Shown: piece after piece, positions 36,530 to 49,310 of the stretch | Layout of the letters: the number at the start of each line of letters is the position of its first letter | Position numbering within the stretch: the first letter of the stretch is position 1 | NCBI RefSeq assembly: GCF_009834535.1 | Contig: NC_045701.1 | Location: 59,892,001 to 59,956,000, forward strand | Length of the DNA stretch: 64,000 bases | DNA from: Camelus ferus | Lineage: Eukaryota | Direction of reading: 5' to 3' | The notes under the pieces: generated by a model | What the model was told of the DNA's origin: nothing | What the model saw: the letters and a program-made list of their open reading frames with translations, nothing else | Databases searched by the model: none | Translations under genes and position numbers: made by a program

Positions 36530-37874
36530 TAGAAAAATACACCATAGAGCATCTGACTTAGGAAAATGCCCTCCAGCAGAAGAAGTAGAGTGACATGTAT
36601 CCTGAAGACAAGAGTGAGGATGAGCTGGAAGCAGCAGCCTTGAAAGGCTGACCTCCACGTCCTTGTGGACTTAATTTTTTTCTCTAATTCTAAAATGGCT
36701 TTAAAATGCAGACTACTTCATGGACTTACTAGTGGAGACATAATCATTTCATGTCAGTTGTCTCACCATCGCGGGGCTACCAGGCCACCTTGTGTAGTCT
36801 GGGTCTGTTTCTAGGAAATGGGCGCGCTTTATGAAGTGCTTTGAACATACCTCTGTTCTCACAAGCTAAAGCCCCTGGCAACATTATTTGTCCTCCAAAA
36901 TCAATATCCTGTAGGTGTCTTTATCCTCCTGGTGTTCTCCAGTGCTCCTGGGATGGTGGCTTGGACCGAATCTAGAATGTAGTTTCATCCATTCAACTGG
37001 AGCTCACTCACTGGAGTTACTGGATAACGTCCATTTTTACCTTCAGCACATTACCTCAGCCATCAAAATAACCTGGTGTTGGTTTACTTTTTGGAAAACC
37101 ATTTGTTGCAACCCTCCCCCCCCAAAAAAAAACTGTTAGAAAAATGATGTTAAGGACAGAGAGACCTCAGCAGCGTCAACAAAGCAAAGATACCGGCTGG
37201 CACCACGCAACCCGTAGACGGTGCAGTGGAGGGCTGGCATTTCTTGGCTGTTAGCTCTCAATCTCCAGAGCAGCTCACCAACGCCGAACCTACTGGCGTC
37301 ATCTGGGAAGTCTGTGAGTTCAAAAAGGGCAAAGAAATTACCTCAGAAGTTCCAGCTCCTTTTGACAAGTATCCAATGCTGGGATCCCAAACTGAAATCA
37401 AATTGACAAGAAGTTGACATAAAATTGATGTCAATTTTCATGATAGCCCCCCACCCCTGCACACCACCACCTCCGATGCACCATGATGTTTTCTTTTTTT
37501 GCCCCCCAGAATGTGAAGTTGAAATGAATCAGATTCATTGGCAACTGGAAACCCAGCATAATAAGCAGTGTATTTCATTGTGTCTGGTTTGGTCTGATTC
37601 TGGATAAACCACTCATAAAGCCGCCTCCCCCCACTTTTGTTCCCAGCTGAAGAGGCACCAACAGCGACTGCAGCCTCTTCTGCAGGGCTGCTGCTCCTCT
37701 GAGCATTGCCACTCAGATGCAGGGCCTTGTCCCGAAGCTGATGCTAGAATCAGGGAGCAGAGGGAGCAGTCATCCACCTGGACGTAAGCTCCAAACATGG
37801 GAAAGCATCTGCTGTGTAATTTTGAAGGTAGGATGTTGACACAAGCATTTTGAAGACCACGAGGAAAAGATATT

Positions 37875-38590
37875 GAGGTTATCCCTTGATCCAGCAATCA
37901 CTGTACTTGGCACTTACCCGAAAGAGTTGAAACCTTAAGTCCACACAGAGACCTGGACCTGGATGTTTGTAACAGCTTTATTTATAGTTGCCAGAAACTG
38001 GAAGGAATCACAATGTCCTTCAGTAAGTGAATGGATAAGTAAACGGTTGTAGATCCAGACAGTATTACTGAGTGCTAAAAAGAAATGAGCTATCAAGCCA
38101 TGAAAAGACATGGAGGAAACTTAGATGCATATTATGAAGTGAAAGAAGCCAATCTGAAAAGGTCCCCTATTATAGGGTTCTGACTATATAATGTTCTGGA
38201 AAAGGCAAAGCTATGGAGAGAGTAAAAAGATTAGTGGTTGCCAGGGGACAGTGAGGTGGGGGGGATGACTAGGTGGAGCACAGGACTTTTAGGGCAGTGA
38301 AACTAGTCTGGATGGGCCCACAGTGTTGGAGACATGACATTATACGTTTGTCAAAACCCACAGAATGTACAACACAAAGAGTGAACCCTAATGTGAATGA
38401 TGGACTCTGGGTGACTGTGATGTATCAGTGTAGTTCATCAGCTAGAACAAATGTACCGTCTTGGGTGGGATGCTGACTGTGGGGTGGGGCAGGCAAGTCT
38501 GGACAGGGGGTACGTGGAAACTCTCTGTACTTTCCACTCAATTTTGCTAGGATCCTAACACTGCTCTAAAAATTAAGGTGTATTTTTTTT
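37875..38590 (+). mobile_element. L1MC1-like 3' end
   Basis: GATCCAGCAATC...AAGAAATGAGCTATCAAGCCATGAAAAGACATGGAGGAAACTT...GTCAAAACCCACAGAATGTACAACACAAAGAGTGAACCCTAATGT. Confidence 0.85.
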
Positions 38591-40199
38591 TAAGTCTAGC
38601 GTATTAAAAAAGAGAAGCAGAGTAAGAGTGAGTCTTAAATATTTCATTTAAATACCTGTGTTTGGTCACTGAGCGTTTAGAGTAGTCCAAAGGGATGCTT
38701 TATTTTTAATATGCCTTTATGGACGCAGCCCCATCCTCAATGGACCACTTTCCTCAGTACTAGAACCCCACTCCTGCCTTCCTCAGTATCAGAACCTGGC
38801 CACGCGGGAGCTGTTTCCTGTTTGCTCTGCCCCTGAGGCCTCAGGAGAAGGCCCTGAAGTGTGGGGAGGTAGGTAGACCGTGCCTTCCCCAGCACCCCTT
38901 CCGCATGCACCCGCAGACTCGGGATCTGGTCTAAAAGGCCCATGTGAACTCGCCCCGAGTTCCTGGAGGAGGACGCTGCTACAGCTGAAGACTAACTTCC
39001 ACCCAAGACTGGACAGTCACTAAGGATTAGACAGTCATTGCTCTCCAAGGTGCGTGCAACCACAGGCTAGGCTGAACCCGAAGGAAGTATCTGGCTGACA
39101 GTGGCCTGGACAGACAGAGGTACATGCAGCCCCACTCCCCTTTCCCTGCTTAGCAGCCTGGTAATGACACAGTGTATACTCAAGTTTAACAGCAAGAGTG
39201 AGCAAAGGCTAATAATTTTGCCATAGGCACTGACGATTTATTTGTGAAGTTCGTAGTACAGACTTGAAGGCTACTGTTCATACACAGAGTCATTATTAAA
39301 GCACCCGTTTCCCCAACATTGCAGTCCCACCTCCCAAACCACAGTCTCTCAGGCCTGATGTCTTTGGTGTATTTCTTCACTCTGCTGCCTGGAATAAAGG
39401 CCCTGTACTGAATAGTAGAGACAAGCCCCGATGCCTTTTAAGAGTATGGTGGGCAAGAGTGACCCCTGCTGGATGAATGAGGACAAACGTGCACAGCTCG
39501 TGGCTAACACTGGAAAAAAGAAAAATCGTTTCGAGTGGTGTTTCTGGAGGAGAAGAAAAAAATTGTTTAATCATCTCTTATTTTAACTTTATTGGATTAA
39601 AGAACAAATCTGAAGGATTTATTCCTCTTTAGGTTTCTAGAAATAAACTTTGTGGAGTGTTTGTCACTCCTACAATATGTTGATACTTACCTAAAGTGAT
39701 TTTTTAAGAGCTCCGTCTATTCTGTGCGCGGGTTCTAAAAGCACTTAATAGCTGAACTGTTTCTTTTCTATCTAATTGCCTGCTAGGGCTCCAAGTTATT
39801 TGCGCACAGGCAGAAATGTATCTGCTTCGTGATCAGGAGTAATTCTGATAAGTCTGAAAGCATATGGTGGACTTCAAAACTGAGTTTTCAGAACTGCCTG
39901 GGGATAAGGGATGTGTCTGAGATGGGTCAATGGGATCAGAAACATTCAAAGAGAATGTGACACATTTTGCCAAACCTTTGCCTTTGGCCACAGTGTAATT
40001 TGGATATTTTCTGAATCCTTAGATCCCTAATTTGGAGAGTGAGAGCTTTTTTTTTTTTTAAAAGAAATTGTTACTTATACATAGCACATATCTTGATGTG
40101 TTAAAATATGCTCTGCTTTGCAATATCCTCTTTGCACACTCTGTTTTGGGGGCCTGGAGAAGACAGAGTTTGGTGTTTCAATTCACGGCCTCTCATGTC

Positions 40200-40420
40200 A
40201 GAATGCCTGATCACTCCGTTTTTTGACTGTGCCACTCCCTAGTTAGGCAGCTTTGGGCATGTATTCTAAACTTCCTAAGGCTCAGTTTCCTCCTCTGTAA
40301 GATGGGCTTGCTTACAGTGCCCACTTCAAGAGGTTATTGGGAGGATTCAGTGAGATAATGTGTGCTCACTGCTGAGACAGCCGCTGGCCTACAGTAAATG
40401 CTCAGTGAATACAAGGTATA
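40200..40420 (+). mobile_element. MIR SINE
   Basis: GGCTCAGTTTCCTCCTCTGTAAGATGGG...GAGGATTCAGTGAGATAATGTGTG...ACAGTAAATGCTCAGT. Confidence 0.85.
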
Positions 40421-42991
40421 CTTACTGGGAGTCAGCTAGCCCTGCACACAGACGGGTTCCTTTTTCCTTTCTTTCCTTCCTTCCTCTTTCAACAAACATG
40501 TATGGCATCTCTACTATGTGCAGAACTCTGTGCAAAACATGAGGAGTCTAAGAAACTAAAAAAGACACTTTTCCTCAAGACGCTTTCAGTCTAATGTCTT
40601 ATCATTTGAGGTTAGTGATGCTAAAACTTGTTTGCTCATACCTCAGGATAATCCCAGTTAGGTTTAGATGAAAATGTCCAACTTTGGAGATAAAGATATA
40701 GAATAATCATGATTTTTTAAACATGCTAAAAAAAGTTAGCAATTACATATGTCAGTTTTTGAGAGGGAAGTCATTGATGGTAGGCAAGCCTTTAATTTGG
40801 GGTAAGAATAAAAATTATGTGGTTTTAAGTTTTCTCTGGCTAAATAAACATCTCTACTGAAGGACAGGGTGGGAAGCCTCCAGGGAATTTCAAACCACTT
40901 TTCAGGAAGGAATCTGGTCTTCATGGTATAGACAGGCTCCCCTGACCCATCATCAGTGCCACATCTCTACCTCCTTCATCAGCTCTGCACCTGCCAGGTG
41001 TTGGAAGAGGGGTTCATTACAAAGACCCTACCCCTGCCCATGGGAAGTGCCCACTTTGTAGGGGGAGGGGAAGAAGGCTTCTGAGTTCTTCCAGATCTTG
41101 AGATTTGCACCATTCCATCCTCACTGCCATCCGACACACTCTCAGAAGGGCCCGTCGAGATTGGTGGCGGTCATCCTGCACTGACCAGGATTCGTGTTAG
41201 AGCTGAAGACACAGAACAGAGCAAAGCTAATTCCTTTCAAGCCCATTCAGCCAACTGGTTTAGCCAAACTAATTTCTCAACATGGTCCTTTAACCTCTTG
41301 ACAGGATTAAGGGAGTGTCTTTCTCTTCCATAATCAGACTGTGGACCTCACAAACACCTAGCAGGAAAGAGGTTAATTGAAAGGGTTTGGGTTGTTAAGT
41401 ATATGCCACATAAACACCCAACTGGTCCTGGTCTTTGCGTTTGGCCGTATCTCAGCGGGATTGTAGGATGAACTTGACACCTGTGGGACTCCCAGGAGAG
41501 GTCTTGGGATTTGGGAATGTAGACTTTTGAAGTTTGCCATCCGCTTCAATCTATTCTTTAGGCCAAATCCTCATAATCACACCTGTTTTCCTTATGAGGG
41601 TTTGACTGTGGATGAGGCAATTTCTGCCTTTTCTCCCCAAAGGAGATCATTATCTTAAAAAAAAAAAAAAAAAGACTGTCTTATAAGAGGTAAGTTCAAA
41701 TACAGATGGAAATAATAATATGACTTAGCATTTCCACCCCACCTTTCATCTACAGAGCTCAAAGTACTTGGCAAACATTAATTAATTCTCAAAACACCCT
41801 TGTGAGTAAAGTAGGGTATTATTTTTATAATAATATATAAATACTGGCTGGTTCATGAAAGTAGCCACTTTAAAGGGACAATTCTGCAGGATCAATTTCA
41901 AAAACAACTTTCTCACCTGGCATAGACTTTGTACTTTTGTGTAACACATTTGGGAGTGCCAAATTTGCTAATAATATGATATCCTAGAGGGAGCATAGAC
42001 ACCCTTTCAAAATGATTTCTTTAGTGATTTTTGACAGTCTTATCTATTTTGAGGAACTTTTTTTATGTTAAAAGAAATAGTAATTGTGATTCATTCTATC
42101 TAAAGGGTGTCAGTCTCTACACATGAAAGAATTTCAAACTGTCCTAGTGCATAAAATCTAATGGTGAGAAGTTGGGATCCTATTTCAAATGCATGTGGCT
42201 TTGAAGGGGGTGTGATAATTTCAGGGTGTTGTAATGTTTTCTGTCATCATCTTAAATTTTGAACACTTTGCAAACTGTAGTTCTAAGACTTGTCAAAATG
42301 GGTACCAGCCAGAGTTTCAAGATGAGAGACACTGACAGCTGGTAGAAACTGACCAGGAATGAATTAAATTCGCTCCCCTGCTCCACTTCCTTCCCTTCAG
42401 AAGGGTCGCACTGAACACTTCATACCAAAAGGTGGTCTATTTTTATTTTGTATCTGTCCTCTGTATCCCTTAGCAAACAGCATAGTGTTCCCTTTCCTGG
42501 TTGCTAACCTGGGTCTGATCGGCTATTTATCAGAGTTGATTTCCAGGCATATCTTACCACACGTTACCACGTTCTGTCGTACGAAACTTCATTTCCATTT
42601 ACACTCTTCCTGATGACCGTGCTCATCCTGGTGAAGTCTGACTGGCTTTTTGATCCTGGAAAGTCAATTCTTTAGGCTAGTAGAAATTAGACTTTTTCTG
42701 TGTCTTTAAACTCACTCCGCATCAAGAACTGCATTGCATCCAGGAAGCACTCCATAAACAGCAATTCAGGATTTACTTTGCTCTGCTGAAATGGAAAAAC
42801 ATCCCCCGACTCTGACTGAATTCTTTGTTGGGTAAATCTTCTCCATGACAATTTCATGTCTGTTGCTCTGAATTTTCTGTTTACTGATCCTAATAAGTGC
42901 ATTATTCTGCTAAACCCTGTAAGAATCCGTATGTACCGCTTAACTGTGCAGCATTGATTCCCTCAGTCTATCTGCTTGCCTCGGTCAATGG

Positions 42992-43706
42992 NNNNNNNNN
43001 NNNNNNNNNNNNNNNNNNNNNNNNNNNNNNNNNNNNNNNNNNNNNNNNNNNNNNNNNNNNNNNNNNNNNNNNNNNNNNNNNNNNNNNNNNNNNNNNNNNN
43101 NNNNNNNNNNNNNNNNNNNNNNNNNNNNNNNNNNNNNNNNNNNNNNNNNNNNNNNNNNNNNNNNNNNNNNNNNNNNNNNNNNNNNNNNNNNNNNNNNNNN
43201 NNNNNNNNNNNNNNNNNNNNNNNNNNNNNNNNNNNNNNNNNNNNNNNNNNNNNNNNNNNNNNNNNNNTCCACTCCTCTCTGCATGGGGCACGAAANNNNN
43301 NNNNNNNNNNNNNNNNNNNNNNNNNNNNNNNNNNNNNNNNNNNNNNNNNNNNNNNNNNNNNNNNNNNNNNNNNNNNNNNNNNNNNNNNNNNNNNNNNNNN
43401 NNNNNNNNNNNNNNNNNNNNNNNNNNNNNNNNNNNNNNNNNNNNNNNNNNCCAGNNNNNNNNNNNNNNNNNNNNNNNNNNNNNNNNNNNNNNNNNNNNNN
43501 NNNNNNNNNNNNNNNNNNNNNNNNNNNNNNNNNNNNNNNNNNNNNNNNNNNNNNNNNNNNNNNNNNNNNNNNNNNNNNNNNNNNNNNNNNNNNNNNNNNN
43601 NNNNNNNNNNNNNNNNNNNNNNNNNNNNNNNNNNNNNNNNNNNNNNNNNNNNNNNNNNNNNNNNNNNNNNNNNNNNNNNNNNNNNNNNNNNNNNNNNNNN
43701 NNNNNN
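42992..43706. other. Three N runs (276, 155 and 252 nt) separated by 28-nt and 4-nt islands
   Basis: Directly visible. Confidence 1.
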
Positions 43707-45614
43707 AAGTATAAGGTCCCTCTGTCTTTCTCTCTTTCACACACATGCATTCAGAGGGTCTATTTTCCAACTTGGGTAGCTTAGTTTTTTTTGTTTTTTT
43801 TTTTTTTGTCTTTACTCTATTGGAAGCCCAGCTTTTCCTCTTTCTCCTTGCTTTGACTTAGGAATTCAGATCATAGACGCAGCTATATTTAGTACCACAA
43901 GGACACCTATTGTAAGTCATGTGGGGTGGTTCAGGTCGAATGAGCTACTTTTTCTCCCCTGGGAAAACCCCCCTGATACCATAAAGTGCTGGTGATAGCA
44001 CGGCCCTTCAGCACTAGAAGAAAGCATCTGATTTCAAAGCTATTGAGTTCCACTCTGGATCTAATTATATCATTCGTTTTATGGATTTTTTAAGTTGCTA
44101 GGTGTTTTAACTGGAGAAGGCTGGCGACCCAGAGAGAACCATGGACCGGTGGAGTCTGCTGTGGGCACTTTAGCCACCTAATTAATTTTCAATAAAAGCT
44201 CACAATCGTTAATTTGCTCTCGACCCAATGTAAATCAAACAGAGACAAATAGGTTAAAATTAGAAATGTGTGATGGGAACCATGTTTATGGTCAAAATTG
44301 CCTTTCACCCTGGAAATAACATGCATTGACAGGGAGAGAAAATGGGACCACACAGACTTTTGATTGATTCTTAAGTGAATTTAAGATTTTATTAAGGAGA
44401 AAACTGGAGTCTCCCCCCACCCCGACACCTCCCCCCACCAAAAAAAAAGATCTGAGATCTACGGAAAAAAAAAATCTTCCTTAAAGCAAAAGAATAGTTT
44501 AGAAAAATGTTACCTTAAAAAAAAATCACAGAATTAAGACATTGTTCCCATTATACCAAGTTGCCTCATTCCACACCCCCACCCCCACCCCAGGTTTAAC
44601 TTAGTGCGGGTATAATAGTAAAAATACTATAAATTTGTTAAGTTCCCAGGTCTAAATTGCCTGACATGCCTACCCAGTGCTATTCCTTTAGCTCCTATAT
44701 TTCAAAACACTACTTTCTAACATCAAACAACCATTTTTACTTTTATTAAGAACATAGACAGGTTTTTTTAATAATTTTATAATGATACTTCAGGCCTCCA
44801 ATTAAAATACCTAGACAATATAGATATCTTTGGCCCAGTCCATTGGACAAATATTATTATTAAGCTTCTCTCCAGGATTTTATATTTGCAAAATATTTTG
44901 TGGGCTTTAATCATTTTAAATTGCCTCAACTTTGCCCATTTTCTTCATTCCTCTCTGTTATTCCTCAAGTAACCATTTCATTTTAACCCCCGAACTGCTC
45001 ATGTGATGCAAGGTGAACTACGCTAATTTTTTTTTAACATATTGGAATGTTACTCTCAGAGTTTGTTAGCTTTTCCCTTGTCCTTTGCCGAACATGGCAA
45101 TTTAAACCACCCCTGGATTCTATTTTTATTTCGCTTTTGCCAAGTTCATGAAGTGAATTCTCTCTTTTCCACTCAGTCTGGTTTTCCCTCATGCCCCAGA
45201 GGAATGATGTTGTCACCATAATGTCTTCTAATGCACTATAAACGCCGTGATGAATTGGAGGCAGGCTGGCTTCTTCTGAGCAGGAGTCCATTATCCTGTC
45301 ACAGTGTTCCTTCCCTGTAACTTAATTTTTATTGTAACAAATGACTAAGTACCAAAAAATGAAACAATGTGATGGGCCAATCTAAAGTGGCCTGACTCGG
45401 ATGGTAAGTGCCTCCGCGGAGGGACAATTGCTTGCAGCTGCCTTCCAAGGGCCCTCTCCCAGATGACATCCACCATCCAAACTGGAGTTATCAAAAGCAT
45501 TTTCTGGATGTTTATGTAAGGTCTTCATCCACACTGACTGACTACCAATGCTAATATAAATAAAGTGCTTTGCAAAAGACGAAAGATAAGCGTTAAGAAT
45601 AAGAATTTAAGAGA

Positions 45615-45793
45615 CAGGCTTAACTGTGTATAAGAATCACCTGGAGATTTGTTCAGCAGCATGTAGGGGCCTGGCTCCCACAGGAGATGCCAATTTAGTT
45701 GGCTAAATATGGGGCCGAAGAATGTGCATTTTAAACAAACATCTCTCCTAATTCTGTTGAAGGAGTTGTATAGATTATATTGTGAGAAACCCT
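45615..45793. mobile_element. MER5-family hAT MITE, decayed
   Basis: AGAATCACCTGGAGATTTGTT...GGGGCCGAAGAATGTGCATTTTAAACAA...TGAGAAACCCT. Confidence 0.65.
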
Positions 45794-47869
45794 TGAGCAG
45801 AACTTCTGGTCAGTCAGTCTTTTCAATAAATACCCACTGTACACTTGACCTGTATTTTATAACAAGGAACCTTTTTTGTTTTCTCTGATTGAATTTCTAA
45901 CTATGGTAGTTCTCTCAAATCATAGTTCCAGTTTGAATGTGATCTGTACCCAAATAGCACACTTTCCCTTCATTTGTTTTATAGATTAACTATCACCAAC
46001 ATGTCTGGAAGATTAAAATCACCCCTATGTTACTGTGATAGGAGAATATTATTCTGGAATCCATAAATTGCAGGAAATTCAATCAATTTGGTGTGCAAGT
46101 GACTAGTCTTTTTAGGGATTGGAGGTTTCATAGATTTCACCATATTCCCAAATGGGTCTGTGACCCCAAAAAAGGTTAAGGACCACTGTCCTGAAAGTAG
46201 GCAAACTTAGTAGTATTGGCTTCATTAATATGAAACTTCTACATCAAATAAATGGTTGGAATATCTAAACAGTACAACTGATCACATGTCTAAATAGTAC
46301 AACTGATATTAAGATTATAGCTTTATAGTTGCTAAACAATATATACCCAAAAAAGGTTTATTTCAAACCTTCTCACATATTAGAATGTTGTCTGATATTT
46401 GCAGTTTAATATGTAGTATTATCAGATTGTTCCAGAAGCACTGATACTTCTTTCCTAAGAAATACTTAGTCACAAAGGATAGAACCACTAGATTTTGCTT
46501 CTAGTGGCTTAAATGGTGTTCTATTTTTGAGGTAGTGTGAAACTGAACACGTTTGGGAAGATGGTGAATCTCAGCATTAATTCATCTATTAAATATTTAT
46601 CGAGGACCCATCAAGAAAAAGAAAAACTATCATGTTTATTGGAGCCTGAAGCTAGCCGATTTGTGAAATATCCCAGGTTCGTCTAAGCATATGCACACCT
46701 GTGAATTCTCATGGTGGAATTCCCCAGTCATTAAACTCTCAATTGGAGAATTTCAGTAAAAATCACAGTTTATCAATCCATGCAATTTATAAGAACAAAG
46801 GGGCTGACTTAAAAAAAAATTTGACCGTCACTTAGTGAGCAAGGCTGGAGGAGAGTGGGAGAGTGTTGAATAAAAGCACAAATCCTTAATCCATTGATTC
46901 CACAGGATAATGGCAACCATTTTGGATAATCATTGTTGGTTGTTACAAGAGTGGAAGACATATCAAAGAAATATCAAATATTCTAGCTATACCCAAACCA
47001 CTGGTAAGAAGACAAGATGTCCTTTGAATGCTCTCCAGTATTTCATTTTAATCATAAACTGTGAGGTGTTAAAGGAGTTAATGAGGTCTCAAGTCATTGT
47101 CAACTAATTATCTTTAAGTTGTTGTCATCACTTTCTAATTGTTATGCTTCTGCCAGCTTCGCCACTGGGGGTCCCCAATCTTAGAGTAATTGGCTACACA
47201 CACACACACCCAATGGTTCACCTAGCTCCTGCTTAGTTTGTTAACCTAAACCATTGCTGTCTCCAGCACACACACATGCATGCATACAAACACTCATACA
47301 TACTTGCATGCAAAAAGCTTTTAGGAACTTTCATCTTTTTAAAAGGGCAGGGAGAAAAATCAATAAAGTGGTAGCCTGGCCAGCAGTAGGGGATGGTTGA
47401 AGCAGCATGGGTGGCTGAGCTGTATGAGAAACAGATGTAAGCTCTTTGGGGTTAGGCCTTTCTCTTTACAGCCAAATCAACCAATGGAAAGCAATTAATG
47501 TCCCTACCATCGGTCACCGGCACCTTCCCACAAAAGATTATTCAGTCTGTCTGTTGAAGCCAACAGCAGAAAGGGCCATCCACCCAGCCAGGGAACCTAT
47601 GATTGAGGCTCACGCTTCACTCAAACCGTATGTAGTCTTAAAAACAATTCGTTTCACGGTCTGAATCGGCAGGGAAGTGCTCTCTTGCTGTTCTGTTTTG
47701 TACATTCTACCATCTAAATTCACCTATTGCTGTTTACATTCATCTCTCTGTTTAAAATTTGTTTCCCTGGCCTGGGAATCGTTTTGGAGTTAATAAAAGA
47801 CAGGAACCTGACACAAATGGAGCATTGCTGGTATGGTTACTTAATCAGCTTAAGTTAGATGTGACCAAT

Positions 47870-48450
47870 GTAAGGATCTGTAATGATTCAACCACTCTGG
47901 AAAAAGGGCAGTTTTTTCCAAAAGATAAGCAGGCATCTATCTACCCTACCACTCAGCAATTCCACTTCTAAGGATTACCCAAGAGGAATCAAAGATGTGG
48001 CTACAAAAATAATCATATGAGAATGTTCATAGCTGCATTACTCACAATAGCTCCAAACTGGACACAGTCCAGATGTCCATCAACAGGAGAAAGGATAATC
48101 AAATTGTAGTATGTCATACAGCAAAATACTACTCAGCAATAGAAAGGAATGAACTACTGATATACGAAAATATGAGGAATCTCAAAAACATTAGGTTGAT
48201 CAACAGAAGGTGGGTGTGATTCACTTATATGAAGTCCAAGAATGGGCAAAATTAATTGACAATGATAGAATTCAGTAGTCAGAAAGAGGATTGCCTCTGG
48301 CAGGGGGGTAATTGACTGGAAAGGGTCACACAGGAGCTTTTTGGAGGTGATAGAACTATTCTATATCTTGTTTTAAATGATGGTTATGCTTGTGAATACA
48401 ATTGACACAACGCATGGCACTGAACACTTGAGAGCTGTACCCTCAAGGGT
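47870..48450 (+). mobile_element. L1ME/MD-like 3' end
   Basis: CAGCAATTCCACTTCTAAG...AGAATGTTCATAGCTGCATTA...AGATGTCCATCAACAGGAGAA...ATACTACTCAGCAATAGAAAGGAATGAACTACTG. Confidence 0.8.
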
Positions 48451-48619
48451 TTTGAAGATTAAAAAGTTAAGGATTTTGGAAATACAGATGCTGCAACAGG
48501 AAAAAAAATAAATGGATGAGAAAATCAGGAAATGGGGGAAATTGATGATGCTGCAGGAAGTTAGACTCATTAAGGATGAGAACATTTGTGGATATATATA
48601 GAAATACCTAGCCAGTTAC

Positions 48620-49310
48620 CTGAAATTTTCTTGAGTACTGTGTACCAAGCACTGTACTAATCACTTTCTTATATATTATCTGATTTCTTCCTTTTTTCAT
48701 TGACCCTCCAGTGCACAGAATTGGATTAGTCCTATTCCTTCGTTCATGATGCATTCTCATCATTGGCCCATGCATGGCTAGTTTTATTTAATTAGCTAGT
48801 TATTCTTATTCACATTAGGTACTTGTAAGCCCTCCACCCAAGAACAAACTACATAGAACCTTGACTCTAACCTATTATCCTGGCTACATAATCCCAACTC
48901 CCAATCTGCACCTTCCCCCAACTCAAAGTAATCATCATCTTATACCTTGTATTTACCATTCCTTTTCTTTCCTTTATACATACAATTTTATTAATGCAGG
49001 TGAATTCTTACACATCTAGGTGTAATCAGTACTTAGCTTTAACTTTCTGAAAAAAGATGTTATACATAACCTTTTGGGATTCACTTTTTCCCCCTTGATA
49101 TATTGCTAAGATTCATGTCAATTGTTATGTATCTCTGCATCACAATCTTTATTATAGCCCTATGAAATAGGTGTTTTTAGCCACACACTAAAGATAAAGT
49201 TGGGGCTCAGAGAAGTAAATTAACATGCCCAAGGACACACAGCCAGGAAGTGGTAGAAGCAAGATTCAGAGCTGAGGCTCTTAACCAACATGTTACACTA
49301 CCTTCTCCAT
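48620..49310 (-). mobile_element. MIR split by an old antisense L1 fragment (about 48690-49135)
   Basis: MIR 3' part (CCAAGCACTGTACTAA) precedes, and MIR core (GGCTCAGAGAAGTAAATTAACATGCCCAAGGACACACAGC) follows, an L1ME-like T-rich block. Confidence 0.6.

Noticed and set aside
37154-37417. Stop-free, protein-looking frame (DLSSVNKAKIPAG...WEVCEFKKGKEITSEVPAPFDKYP)
   Set aside because: No ATG, no convincing splice sites, no family recognised; the length is within chance expectation.
37421-37438. AAAATTGA-TG-TCAATTTT inverted repeat
   Set aside because: AT-rich 8-bp arms are expected by chance in 64 kb.
42897-43784. ORFs of 143-295 aa, and similar ones at 18503-19006 and 56066-56399
   Set aside because: Almost entirely X; open only because N codons are not read as stops.
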